A stretch of DNA of 17,276 bases from Bacteriovoracia bacterium (GCA_046570105.1 JBKHVI010000054.1:1-17276); one strand, 5' to 3'; positions 1 through 8,490 are shown, numbered from the stretch's first letter. Notes: generated from the sequence alone by a model not told the origin. Translations and numbers: made by a program.

Positions 1-159
1 AATCCACCTAGTAAAGAAGCCAGCGATGTGGTCAAGCGCATCGATTCATCTCGTGAGAAGGGGATTCAGGTTTATCCAGTGGATTCGGTCTACTGGCCTG
101 ATGAACTCTTTCATTTGCATTCAGCGGCCGCCACGCGCTGTGGAGGAAAGTCATTATGA
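1..159 (+). CDS. 3' end of a gene entering from the left edge (hypothetical protein, partial)
   Basis: Frame 1 is open from base 1 (NPPSKEASDVVKRID...TRCGGKSL) to TGA 157-159, which overlaps the next ATG (ATGA), typical of translational coupling. Confidence 0.55.
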   Translation, partial: NPPSKEASDVVKRIDSSREKGIQVYPVDSVYWPDELFHLHSAAATRCGGKSL

Positions 160-1100
160 AATACCTTCTCATTCTTTTGTTGTTGGTGTCCTGTGACGGC
201 GAAAAAAGCTATCTCTATAAAGTAGATCCCTTCCAGGCCCAGCTCGTCTCTCAGCGCTACCAACTTTCTGAAGAAGGCAAAGTTGATATCATCTGGGTGA
301 TCGATAATTCCGGCTCCATGGCAGGCATTCAGCAAAGCGTGATTCAGAACGCCAATCAATTCATTCAAGAGTTCACTCAGATTCCAGGCCTTGATTGGCG
401 CATGGCCCTGTTGTCCACCGCCGTCTACGAGGCGCCTTACTTAGGTATGCCGACTGTTTTTGATTACACTCATCCCGATCCCGTCTCTGAATTCAGTCAG
501 GCGGTCAATCGTCTAGGGATTAACGGAGATGCCACTGAGCGCTCATTTGATCCAATTATTAAGCAGCTCAATGCTCATCAAAGTTTCTTGCGCCCCAATG
601 CTTACCTCGTGATGATTTATGTAACAGATGAAGAAGAGCAATCCAATATCAGTGCGACAAGTTTCTTGAATGATCTAGTCGCTCGCAAAGGTGGGCGCCT
701 AGGGATGATTCGTGCCTATGGTGCAATTGAAGCTAAAGACTTGGGCTGTGGCTACTCTAATGAGTATGCGGGAAGTCCCTATGAGACGGTGATCAAAGGT
801 ACGGGCGGCAGTGCTTTCGGAACGTGTACTCCGCAGTTTGGTGCTGAACTCGCGAAACTTGGAAATGAAATTGTCTCGATTGTTTCTTCGCCGGTGGTGC
901 TCCTCAATAAGCGCCCACTGCCCAGTTCACTCAAAGTCATCTACAAAGACGTCGAGCTGCCGGCCGGTCCGCGTGGTATGGGCGGCAAGTGGTTCTATGA
1001 TCCCGACGCCAATGGCGTGCGTTTTCATGACTACGGCTTCTTAGATGTAGGTGAGCAGTACATCACCATCGACTTTGAAATCGACGAAGGCCAAAACTAG
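156..1100 (+). CDS. vWA-domain lipoprotein
   Basis: Signal peptide with lipobox (MKYLLILLLLVSC), MIDAS-like DIIWVIDNSGSM, later IYVTDEEE; SD GGAGG upstream. Confidence 0.8.
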   Translation: MKYLLILLLLVSCDGEKSYLYKVDPFQAQLVSQRYQLSEEGKVDIIWVIDNSGSMAGIQQSVIQNANQFIQEFTQIPGLDWRMALLSTAVYEAPYLGMPTVFDYTHPDPVSEFSQAVNRLGINGDATERSFDPIIKQLNAHQSFLRPNAYLVMIYVTDEEEQSNISATSFLNDLVARKGGRLGMIRAYGAIEAKDLGCGYSNEYAGSPYETVIKGTGGSAFGTCTPQFGAELAKLGNEIVSIVSSPVVLLNKRPLPSSLKVIYKDVELPAGPRGMGGKWFYDPDANGVRFHDYGFLDVGEQYITIDFEIDEGQN

Positions 1101-1151
1101 GTTCCAGCACACTTATCAGTAAGCGGTGCTTACTGATAAGTGTGCTGGAAC
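1101..1151. repeat. Perfect inverted repeat (24-bp stem, 3-nt loop) between convergent genes; possible bidirectional terminator or REP doublet
   Basis: GTTCCAGCACACTTATCAGTAAGC (1101-1124) - GGT - GCTTACTGATAAGTGTGCTGGAAC (1128-1151) are exact reverse complements. Confidence 0.9.
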
Positions 1152-1844
1152 TTCTTTGATCGGAACTTCTTTGATCATTTGCTCACGATTTCGCATAAAC
1201 CCGTGATCGGTATCACAGATCTTCAAATCAATCGCCGGATTGGTTGCCACAAGTCTCAGGGATAACTCCAGCGGAATTTCGTCATCAATCTCGGCGTGAA
1301 AAATCACGACATTCACTAGATTTTTCACTGCGCTCTCTTTATCAGGATAAATCCGCGTATCAAGTGCGAAAAGATCCGCTGCCAGCACCGGGGCAGGTGT
1401 TGCCTGAAGTCTTGGCGTCTCACTATGAAGTGTGGTGATCAGACCCGTGAGTACATCCTTTGGTGGTAAGTAACTGAGCGGCGAGAGCAGGATAGTTTTT
1501 TGAATTTTGTCTTTTAAGGCGAGATTAAGCGCCATACCCACATAGCCGCCCCAGCTGTGACCCACAATGATTAACCGCTCATGATTAGACAGAATCTTGT
1601 GAGCAAGCGCGAGTGATTGCTCATAGCTCTGAGTAAAACTAAAGGCCCCACTCTTATTTTGGCCCAGCCCCTGATAGTGGGGCAGATAAACCGCATGGCC
1701 CTGCTGATGAATGAGGTGAGCGATGTCGTGGTTTTTCTCCATGGGAGTGCCATTATAAGACTCGCCTGGAAAACCATGCAGCATCAAAACCGGCGTCTTT
1801 TCGCCCTTAAAATAGAAATATGTCTCTCTCCAAATCCCATCCAT
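1116..1844 (-). CDS. alpha/beta-fold hydrolase
   Basis: Oxyanion motif LHGFPG, nucleophile elbow GHSWG, candidate acid (DDEIP) and His (DHGF). Confidence 0.85.
   Translation of the reverse strand: MDGIWRETYFYFKGEKTPVLMLHGFPGESYNGTPMEKNHDIAHLIHQQGHAVYLPHYQGLGQNKSGAFSFTQSYEQSLALAHKILSNHERLIIVGHSWGGYVGMALNLALKDKIQKTILLSPLSYLPPKDVLTGLITTLHSETPRLQATPAPVLAADLFALDTRIYPDKESAVKNLVNVVIFHAEIDDEIPLELSLRLVATNPAIDLKICDTDHGFMRNREQMIKEVPIKEVPAHLSVSTAY
1147..1176. repeat. 15-bp tandem duplication
   Basis: GGAACTTCTTTGATC at 1147-1161 and 1162-1176; encodes IKEVP-IKEVP in the hydrolase C-terminus. Confidence 0.9.
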
Positions 1845-1865
1845 TCCCTCAAATTACTTCTCTCC

Positions 1866-1890
1866 CCAAAAGGTGTCAGCTACTATTTGG
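1866..1890 (+). repeat. Boundary palindrome copy 1
   Basis: CCAAAAGGTGTCAGCTACTATTTGG between the divergent hydrolase and methyltransferase genes, ending 2 nt before ATG 1893. Confidence 0.85.
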
Positions 1891-1892
1891 AC

Positions 1893-2669
1893 ATGAACGC
1901 GCCCGAACTCGAAGCCTTTGTGGAAAACCATCTCAATCTGCAGGTGAAGATTTCTTATCCCGAGCATCATGATTTTCTGCTGCGCCACGGGCTTAAAGCT
2001 TGTGCGGCCGTGCTTGATGTGGGAACGGGTAATGGGGCCTTTGCCGCCCGTCTGGCCGCGGATCACCCTGAGATTCAGTTTGTGGGAATCGATAAGCGCG
2101 CACCTTGTGTGGAGAGTTGCCAGAAATATCTGAAAAGCAATTTTGTCGCCGAAAAAGTTGATATGTTTGCCCGCGAGATAAGTTTCGATCTCGCGCGCTT
2201 TGATGGCCATCTCTTGCGCTATTTTTTATTGCATGTCGATAATGCACAAAAAATTTTGGAGCTGTTTAAAGCGAAGGGCAAAGCTGGTGCACGCATATGG
2301 ATCATCGATCTAGACTGGTCGACGTTTTCCTGCTCGCCACCTCATCCTCACTTTGATCAACTGACATCTTTAGTGCGCGATTTCTGCGCCAAGGTTTCAG
2401 TGGAGTCGAATGGGGGGCAGAATGTCTTACCGCTGCTTGAGAAGTTAGGTTTTCAAAATATTGTTGTTGAGCAGGGGCCGTTTACTTCGAAAAATATCGC
2501 TCTCGAGGATCTAGCGCTTTATCTCAAGCAAGAAATGCAGTGTTATTCCCGCATGAGTGGGCAAGGTGCGAGTGATTCAGAGATCATGCGCTTTATTGAC
2601 GATGAAGTTCGCTCAGGAAAAAGCCAAATTTCCTATGGCATGAAGCTCATCTCCTGCCAAATTCCCTAA
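1893..2669 (+). CDS. Class I SAM-dependent methyltransferase
   Basis: Motif I VLDVGTGNG, then FVGID; start moved from 1617 to ATG 1893 because the longer ORF overlaps the hydrolase antisense. Confidence 0.85.
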   Translation: MNAPELEAFVENHLNLQVKISYPEHHDFLLRHGLKACAAVLDVGTGNGAFAARLAADHPEIQFVGIDKRAPCVESCQKYLKSNFVAEKVDMFAREISFDLARFDGHLLRYFLLHVDNAQKILELFKAKGKAGARIWIIDLDWSTFSCSPPHPHFDQLTSLVRDFCAKVSVESNGGQNVLPLLEKLGFQNIVVEQGPFTSKNIALEDLALYLKQEMQCYSRMSGQGASDSEIMRFIDDEVRSGKSQISYGMKLISCQIP

Positions 2670-2690
2670 AAGGTGTCAGCTACTTTTAGG
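2665..2690 (+). repeat. Boundary palindrome copy 2
   Basis: CCTAAAAGGTGTCAGCTACTTTTAGG; contains TAA of the methyltransferase (2667-2669) and TAA of the USP gene on the - strand (2686-2688). Confidence 0.9.
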
Positions 2691-3567
2691 CAGGCAGCAC
2701 CAGAATATTTCCTTCAAATTCATGGAGTACACTCTTACTCACTGAACCAATAAACAGTTTTTCTACTGCGCCACGGTTGTGCTTAGAGATAATCGCCAAG
2801 TCCGCTTTTTGCGAAATCAGTCCACGAGTTAAGGCCTTACCGGTAGCGAGTGTTGAGATTTCCACATGAATATCCTGTGAGGATATATCTTTAGAGTGAC
2901 TCACAATGGAAGCTTTCACGCTCTCGGTGATCTCGTGCTTTTCTTTTTCGCTGAATTTATAAGAAGGCATAACAAAGGGAATGTTCATGAGCGCTTCTGA
3001 TGAGAGGTCAGGGATAAAAGTCAGGTACTGTGCTTTCGCATGAAAGTCCTGTGCAATATTTTTGGCATAAGCGATTGAAGCTTGCGAAAAACTTGCTGGA
3101 TCAAGCAGCGCGCTGACGGTTTTGATCGCCTTAGTATTTTTAGCAATCAGTACAGGGATAGGTGAGGAGGCAATCATTTTTTCCGCGAAGCTACCAATGC
3201 CAAAGAAACTCGTCTCACCTTTATGACCCATCACCAAGATGTCCGCTTTGCTGGCTTCGATGACCTTCAGTAATTCTTCTTGGGAATTGCCGAATTTTAT
3301 CATGATTTCACTTTCAAGTTTATTGCGTACCATCTGCTCTCTGAGTCGGGTCTCGATCGCTTTGTTAAGCTCAGTCTGAAATTGTCCGAGAACATTTTTT
3401 GCTTGGAACTCGGTGGCCGGCCAGTCCCAAACAGGTGAGACGTCGGAGATGTGGACGAGCGTGACTTCGCCACCCATTTTTTGTTGGAGTTCATGCGCCA
3501 ACTGAACAGCACAATCCGACTGTTTTGATAGATCAGAGGCCACTAGAATTTTATGCATTTTTTTCAT
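2686..3567 (-). CDS. Universal stress protein, tandem Usp domains
   Basis: KILVASDLS N-terminus, ADILVMGHKG...GIGSFAEKMI...PVLI and a second domain ending FIGSVSKSVLHEFEGNILVL. Confidence 0.9.
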   Translation of the reverse strand: MKKMHKILVASDLSKQSDCAVQLAHELQQKMGGEVTLVHISDVSPVWDWPATEFQAKNVLGQFQTELNKAIETRLREQMVRNKLESEIMIKFGNSQEELLKVIEASKADILVMGHKGETSFFGIGSFAEKMIASSPIPVLIAKNTKAIKTVSALLDPASFSQASIAYAKNIAQDFHAKAQYLTFIPDLSSEALMNIPFVMPSYKFSEKEKHEITESVKASIVSHSKDISSQDIHVEISTLATGKALTRGLISQKADLAIISKHNRGAVEKLFIGSVSKSVLHEFEGNILVLPA

Positions 3568-3641
3568 ATTACCACCCTTGACGGTACTCTACATTGCTTC
3601 CATAAAAGTAGCATATGAGGCTTATCATTCTTTTATAGGTT

Positions 3642-3992
3642 ATGTTAAAATTTGGAATGCACATCTTGAAGATGCTAAGCACAATTTTTTGCGTTTTTTC
3701 TATCTCAGTTTCACTTACTGGTCTTCATTACTCTGAAGCCATTGAGAATGATGGGTTAACTCTCTGTGAAGTCTTGGATGGCCCATCTAAAACTTGCCAG
3801 GACAATAAAAATTCTGACAACGATAACGATCACGAAACTGTTCAAGTCGTTTATGAAATAGATTCTGCTAAAAAGTTCTATCTTATTACACCTATGGCCT
3901 CAGTTCTTTCGATTCGCTTACCTGAATACAAAAATTCCTATTTGTTTGCATTCGTTTCTCAAATGATTAAACCGCCCAACCACCTCAGCTAG
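3642..3992 (+). CDS. Small hypothetical exported/membrane protein with C-terminal PP motif
   Basis: N-terminal hydrophobic segment, two Cys plus a D/N/H-rich linker, ends IKPPNHLS; true start may be ATG 3657. Confidence 0.55.
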   Translation: MLKFGMHILKMLSTIFCVFSISVSLTGLHYSEAIENDGLTLCEVLDGPSKTCQDNKNSDNDNDHETVQVVYEIDSAKKFYLITPMASVLSIRLPEYKNSYLFAFVSQMIKPPNHLS

Positions 3993-4031
3993 TTTATCCG
4001 ATTATTACTTCATTCTATTCGAGGAGTTGTT

Positions 4032-4784
4032 ATGACGCTTTCGCGTTTGGTGTGTGTGTTTATGATGCTATTTAGCTTCGTTGTGCCATCTTTTGCTTAT
4101 GATTTGCAATATAAACGAGAAGCCGAGATTCCAGAACCGCTGTTATTTGATTTGGTTAGAAGAGTGAATTCGGATAAGGGTGAATTAGAATTTAATTCCT
4201 TATTCAATCACACCGATGCCTCTGAGATGAAAGGAGTTTATACTGCTCCAGAGGTTGAGTATGCGTTTGCTGATGGCAAAGCGATTGAATTTGAGCTTCC
4301 TACTATAGATGGTAAGGTTAAAACATTTAAAACGGCTTTGCAGTTAGAACTACCGAATTGGTGGGGGGATCTGACAGGAACTCAGATCATGCATGAGAGA
4401 GTGAATGGAAAATCGATTAACGAAACGACACTGCTACTACTCTCAGGAAAAAGACTGAGTGAGAAATGGTCAATTTTTACTATGGTCGGAAATCGATTTG
4501 TTTATGGAAATGAAGAAACGATTCAAAATGCCAAGTGGCGTGAGCTTCCTATTATTAATCTTAACTTTTTTTATGATTATGCAGATGTGTTCGATTTAGG
4601 TCTTGAAACGAATTTAAGGGGAGTGGGGGCGAGCTTCCAGGAATTTGTTCTGATGCCACAGATTCATGCCTTGATGGCCAAAGACTTTAAGTTACAAATG
4701 GGATTTGGCTCTTCGTATGACGGGTTTTCTTTTTCACCAATAACTGCGTTTCGCTTAATTAAGGAATTTAACAACGGCCATTAA
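4032..4784 (+). CDS. Exported hypothetical protein, probable outer-membrane beta-barrel
   Basis: SD GAGGAG, Sec signal (..VVPSFA), alternating amphipathic strand-like segments, C-terminal FRLIKEF. Confidence 0.65.
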   Translation: MTLSRLVCVFMMLFSFVVPSFAYDLQYKREAEIPEPLLFDLVRRVNSDKGELEFNSLFNHTDASEMKGVYTAPEVEYAFADGKAIEFELPTIDGKVKTFKTALQLELPNWWGDLTGTQIMHERVNGKSINETTLLLLSGKRLSEKWSIFTMVGNRFVYGNEETIQNAKWRELPIINLNFFYDYADVFDLGLETNLRGVGASFQEFVLMPQIHALMAKDFKLQMGFGSSYDGFSFSPITAFRLIKEFNNGH

Positions 4785-4785
4785 A

Positions 4786-5823
4786 TCACAAATTAATTTT
4801 AGTACGATTCGACAGGAGTTTGGATGTTTTAGAATAGTCGGCCATATCGTCGATATCACCCACCACTTCTTCAAGTATGACTTTGATGGTGATAATACCA
4901 ATGTATTTCCCATCAGCGTCTTCTACAATGGAGAGTGGTGTTTTCTTTTCCTGCATTTTGAGGAAAGCCTCTAAGACTTTGTCGGTAGATTTGACTTTCA
5001 AAGCCGCCTGGAGAATTCCCTGCCAGGGTGTATTCATTTTTGGTTCGGAAACAGAAAGTGATTTCTTGAGCAAGATCCCTACGATGATATCACTGTCGAT
5101 GACGGGAAATCGAGAGTGAGGATTGTTGCTCACCTTGGCGCGCACTTCTTCCTCTGAGTCAGAGAAATTTAAGTAAGCAACATTATCCCATGGAATCATC
5201 GTTTTTGAGACTAGTCTGCCCTTGAGTCCGACGAGATTTTGCACAAATTTCTGATGATACTCTGGGAGATTTCCAATCTCAACAGTTTCTCCCATGCTTT
5301 CATCTTCAGCTGGGCCATCGTTAAGGCCTAGGCATTTGAGCAGGAAATGTGTTGAGACCTCTAAGAAAGTAACAATGGGAGAGAGGAAGCTATCGATTAG
5401 ACCTAGAACAGTTGTGCCAAATCGAATAACTTTAACAGGATGTTTGAGTGCAATTGTTTTAGGTACTAATTCGCCGAAGACGACACTGAAATAAGTGAGT
5501 GGGATAATCACCAAAACGACAGAAATACCTTCTGCCAAGGAATTGGAAAGTCCATATTTTTCTACGATCCATGGCTCGAGTGACTCTACTGCCCCTGTAC
5601 CACCGACTGCCGCAGCGATTGCGCCAACGAGTGTGATTCCGATCTGAATGACTGATAGTGTTCGCTCTGGTTTCTTCTTAAAGAGTATTAATTTATTTTG
5701 TGTACTGCTGTTTTCATCTAGCTCGTCAATCTCCTCTCTAGAGACAGTAACAAACGCCATTTCATAAGCTGAAAAGAAGGCATTAAGAATTAAGCAGGCA
5801 ATTACGATCAGAAAATCTAGCAT
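4786..5823 (-). CDS. Hemolysin-family/CNNM (DUF21) plus CBS-pair protein
   Basis: LNAFFSAYEMAF, IQIGITL, VFGELVPKTIA, HSRFPV and GIITIKVILEEVVG motifs; no obvious C-terminal CorC_HlyC domain. Confidence 0.9.
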   Translation of the reverse strand: MLDFLIVIACLILNAFFSAYEMAFVTVSREEIDELDENSSTQNKLILFKKKPERTLSVIQIGITLVGAIAAAVGGTGAVESLEPWIVEKYGLSNSLAEGISVVLVIIPLTYFSVVFGELVPKTIALKHPVKVIRFGTTVLGLIDSFLSPIVTFLEVSTHFLLKCLGLNDGPAEDESMGETVEIGNLPEYHQKFVQNLVGLKGRLVSKTMIPWDNVAYLNFSDSEEEVRAKVSNNPHSRFPVIDSDIIVGILLKKSLSVSEPKMNTPWQGILQAALKVKSTDKVLEAFLKMQEKKTPLSIVEDADGKYIGIITIKVILEEVVGDIDDMADYSKTSKLLSNRTKINL

Positions 5824-5846
5824 AAACCCACATTTTCGCGAAATGT

Positions 5847-5871
5847 CCTAAAGGTGTCAGCTACTTTTTGG
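5847..5871 (+). repeat. Boundary palindrome copy 3
   Basis: CCTAAAGGTGTCAGCTACTTTTTGG between the divergent CNNM and yjdM genes; a half-site CCTAAAAGG recurs at 5890-5898 over the yjdM SD. Confidence 0.85.
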
Positions 5872-5905
5872 AAATCTTACGATATACTGCCTAAAAGGAA
5901 TTTAT

Positions 5906-6259
5906 ATGTCTGACGAAGCTCAAGCTTGCCCCAAGTGCTCTTCTCCCTATGGCTATTTTGATGGCGCTCTCTGGGTTTGCCCTGAATGCGCTCATGAATG
6001 GACGCTGGCGGTCGCTGCTGCTGAAGAAGTTGTGGCGGATCAGAAGTTCCGCGATGCCAATGGTGTTGAGCTGAAAGACGGGGACACGGTTCGTGTGATT
6101 AAGGATCTCAAAGTCGGCGGTGACACCCTTAAGTCGGGCACCAAGGTCAAAGGCATCCGTCTGTTGGATGAGCCGATCAATGACCATGACATCTCTTGTC
6201 GCGTCGAGGGTTTTGGCTCGATCTATCTCAAGTGCTCAGTGGTCCGCAAAGAATCCTAA
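5906..6259 (+). CDS. yjdM: PhnA/YjdM zinc-ribbon protein
   Basis: CPKC...CPECAHEW zinc ribbon, DANGVELKDGDTVRVIKDLKV, HDISCRVEGFG. Confidence 0.92.
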   Translation: MSDEAQACPKCSSPYGYFDGALWVCPECAHEWTLAVAAAEEVVADQKFRDANGVELKDGDTVRVIKDLKVGGDTLKSGTKVKGIRLLDEPINDHDISCRVEGFGSIYLKCSVVRKES

Positions 6260-6280
6260 AAGGTGTCACGCACTTTTTGG
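6255..6280 (+). repeat. Boundary palindrome copy 4
   Basis: CCTAAAAGGTGTCACGCACTTTTTGG; contains the yjdM stop TAA (6257-6259). Confidence 0.9.
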
Positions 6281-6379
6281 AATCAACGAAGGATCGTTTT
6301 GATTTGTTCTTAAATCATCACGACTGACAGATTGTCGTATCGTTTCGTTAGTAAAATTTACTGAAGTCCATAAGTTAAA

Positions 6380-6390
6380 TGAACAGTTCA
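6380..6390. promoter_or_regulatory. Candidate operator upstream of the desaturase pair
   Basis: Palindrome TGAAC-A-GTTCA just upstream of a -10-like TAGATT (6403-6408); the regulator is not identified. Confidence 0.3.
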
Positions 6391-6415
6391 GTTTTAATCG
6401 AATAGATTGCGCGCC

Positions 6416-7201
6416 ATGAGCACAACATGGCTGCAATTTAAAAAAGATTATCTTTTTCTAACAAAGTATTTGTTGGGGCAGAGTTTAATTCTGCTGCTCT
6501 TGATTGCCGTTTTGTGGCAGGCCCCACTCATTGATTACCAATTTGCATGGAATGCCTGGTCGCTCATGCTCCCTCCAATGTGGCTGATACTTGGGATTCA
6601 GCTACCGGTAATCATGCATAACTGTATTCACGGTAATTTTAAGACGAAGATCTATAACGAAATTTTAGGTGAGTCGTTTGGGCTTTATGTTTTGATGAGC
6701 CTGCGTATTTTGAGAATTAATCACTTCTTGCATCATGCTCACGCCGACACCAAGAACGATCCCCATGCTCCCGACGAAGATAGCTTCTTTGTTTATTTCT
6801 TTCGTGCTCAAATCACGGGCTCAAATGTTATCGAGAAACACTACTTGCAGTTTCATGGTGATACTCCTCGCAATCGCAGGATATTTACGCTTAACAAGAT
6901 TCTACATTATCTAGGGCATCCTCTGCGTGCCATGCTGTGGTTCGTGCTCTTGGGGCCCTCGCTGTTTTTGGTACTATATGTTCCTTCATTTATGATCTAC
7001 TCGATGGCGTTCGCGCATGTGAATTATATAACTCATCAGCGCAACGGCGAGAATGAAGTGGTGATCATTAATAAGAATAATAATTACTATTATCAGTTTA
7101 TTAATTGGATCGGGATGGGAGTTTATTTTCACAAGAACCATCACCAAAATCCAAAACTACTTAATCCGAAATTTGCCAGCTTGAATAAGAGGTTAGTATG
7201 A
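6416..7201 (+). CDS. Membrane fatty acid desaturase family protein 1
   Basis: Three His boxes HNCIH, HFLHH, HKNHH, plus TM helices; start ATG 6416 (alternative TTG 6407). Confidence 0.85.
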   Translation: MSTTWLQFKKDYLFLTKYLLGQSLILLLLIAVLWQAPLIDYQFAWNAWSLMLPPMWLILGIQLPVIMHNCIHGNFKTKIYNEILGESFGLYVLMSLRILRINHFLHHAHADTKNDPHAPDEDSFFVYFFRAQITGSNVIEKHYLQFHGDTPRNRRIFTLNKILHYLGHPLRAMLWFVLLGPSLFLVLYVPSFMIYSMAFAHVNYITHQRNGENEVVIINKNNNYYYQFINWIGMGVYFHKNHHQNPKLLNPKFASLNKRLV

Positions 7202-7989
7202 GTCACTGGGTAAACTTTAGAAAAGATCGCTTCTATCTCGTAAGGTATCTTAGCATTGAGACGCTTCTGACATTGTTGGTGCTGAGCTTTCAATGGAACA
7301 ATCGAGCAGCAGATCTATTGACTGATTTGACGGTACACTGGTGGCATTTTGTACTTATTCCAGTGACGATGATTTTAGCCATTCAAATTCCTGTGCTGAT
7401 TCATAACTGTGTTCATCGTAACCTTAGACCTCCAGTCTTGAACCTTATCATGGGTGAAATTGCGGGTGTCTTTGTGTTGCTAGGGTTTGCAGCGTTTGAG
7501 CTGAATCATGTTGCCCATCACACTCACTCAGACACTGATCTTGATCCGCATAATCCGAAACAGAAAAAGTTTTTGCCATTTTTCTTGGCGAATAACTTTG
7601 GTGGAACGAAAGTCATTTTATTTCAACATCTCAAATATCATGGGGACACTTTATTCAATCGTGGACTCTTCCATCTAAGTGTCCTTCTGCATTTTATTAA
7701 TGTACCGTTGCGCTTGTGTTTTTGGTTATTCTTGTTAGGGCCTGTATCTTTGGTGCTGTTATTTCTTCCGGCCTATGCGTTTCATATGTTTGTCTTCGCT
7801 CATATCAACTATGTCACTCACAAAACTTATGACGATGGCAAAAGCGAGATATTCAATCTCAACCATAATTTGTACTACCAGTTTGTAAATTTTTTCGGCA
7901 GCGGCGTTTACTACCACAAGAACCACCACAAGAACCCCGCTGCTTATAATCCTAAGCTTGGCCCCCGCAAATCCTGGCTGCTGCGCTAA
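7198..7989 (+). CDS. Membrane fatty acid desaturase family protein 2 (paralog of protein 1)
   Basis: His boxes HNCVH, HVAHH, HKNHH; ATGA overlap with the previous gene; shared motifs IQxPV, FAHxNYxTH, GVYxHKNHH. Confidence 0.85.
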   Translation: MSHWVNFRKDRFYLVRYLSIETLLTLLVLSFQWNNRAADLLTDLTVHWWHFVLIPVTMILAIQIPVLIHNCVHRNLRPPVLNLIMGEIAGVFVLLGFAAFELNHVAHHTHSDTDLDPHNPKQKKFLPFFLANNFGGTKVILFQHLKYHGDTLFNRGLFHLSVLLHFINVPLRLCFWLFLLGPVSLVLLFLPAYAFHMFVFAHINYVTHKTYDDGKSEIFNLNHNLYYQFVNFFGSGVYYHKNHHKNPAAYNPKLGPRKSWLLR

Positions 7990-8023
7990 AAGGTGTCATG
8001 CACTTTTTGGCATGACACCTTTA
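7986..8023 (+). repeat. Boundary palindrome copy 5 plus inverted half-copy
   Basis: CTAAAAGGTGTCATGCACTTTTTGG (contains desaturase TAA 7987-7989) followed by CATGACACCTTTA, giving a 13-bp stem 7989-8001/8010-8022. Confidence 0.9.
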
Positions 8024-8096
8024 CCACTGCGCTAATTGTAGTGAAAACCCATTACAGCAGCTGCGCTTAGCAGAAACAATACATAGTAAAAGCTCT

Positions 8097-8279
8097 TCAT
8101 CGTATCGCTCCAGGTGGACGTGGCATGAATTTGGTGGGTTGAGTCACTGCTGTATAGTCGATCTGGCCGTTGATAAAGGCCTCACAGACATCATCGGGCC
8201 TACCCTTTAGTCGACCTGAAAACTTGGATTTCCAAGTTCTATTCTTGATAAAACGCAGTGGTTTTTTTCTTTTTTCCAT
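8097..8279 (-). CDS. Small basic hypothetical protein (60 aa)
   Basis: Strong SD AGGAGG 6 nt before ATG, upstream TTGACG -35-like hexamer (8350-8355); fills the interval between palindrome copies 5 and 6. Confidence 0.6.
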   Translation of the reverse strand: MEKRKKPLRFIKNRTWKSKFSGRLKGRPDDVCEAFINGQIDYTAVTQPTKFMPRPPGAIR

Positions 8280-8389
8280 CTAAAACCTCCTATGTTTTAA
8301 GCTCCCTGATCGGAGCCTGGTAGGTTTAGCATGGGAACGATTTTGTGAGCGTCAAGGTTGTCGGTGGATTTTTTTTAAGAGATGCTATG

Positions 8390-8414
8390 CCAAAAGGTGA
8401 GTGACACCTTTTGG
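8390..8414 (-). repeat. Boundary palindrome copy 6 (reverse orientation)
   Basis: Reverse complement reads CCAAAAGGTGTCACTCACCTTTTGG, with perfect 10-bp arms. Confidence 0.9.
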
Positions 8415-8426
8415 AAAAGGAACCCT

Positions 8427-8490
8427 ATGTTCAAAAAATTCTCTCACCCCATGTTGTATGTAAATGATCTCTCCCGCGCAGTGGAGTGGT
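8427..8490 (+). pseudogene. VOC/glyoxalase gene, 5' fragment (interrupted)
   Basis: SD AAGGA, ATG 8427: MFKKFSHPMLYVNDLSRAVEW is a canonical VOC N-terminus; runs into the insert and stops after SLVSRC. Confidence 0.8.

Noticed and set aside
1617..1892. N-terminal extension of the 350-aa methyltransferase ORF
   Set aside because: It overlaps the hydrolase antisense and runs through the repeat; the domain starts after ATG 1893.
6119..6130. GGTGACACCCTT inside yjdM resembling the repeat core
   Set aside because: It lacks the palindromic arms and is explained by coding sequence (GDTL).
1866..8414. CRISPR array interpretation of the palindromic repeats
   Set aside because: Spacing is irregular (0.4-3.2 kb), the intervals are whole genes, and there are no cas genes.
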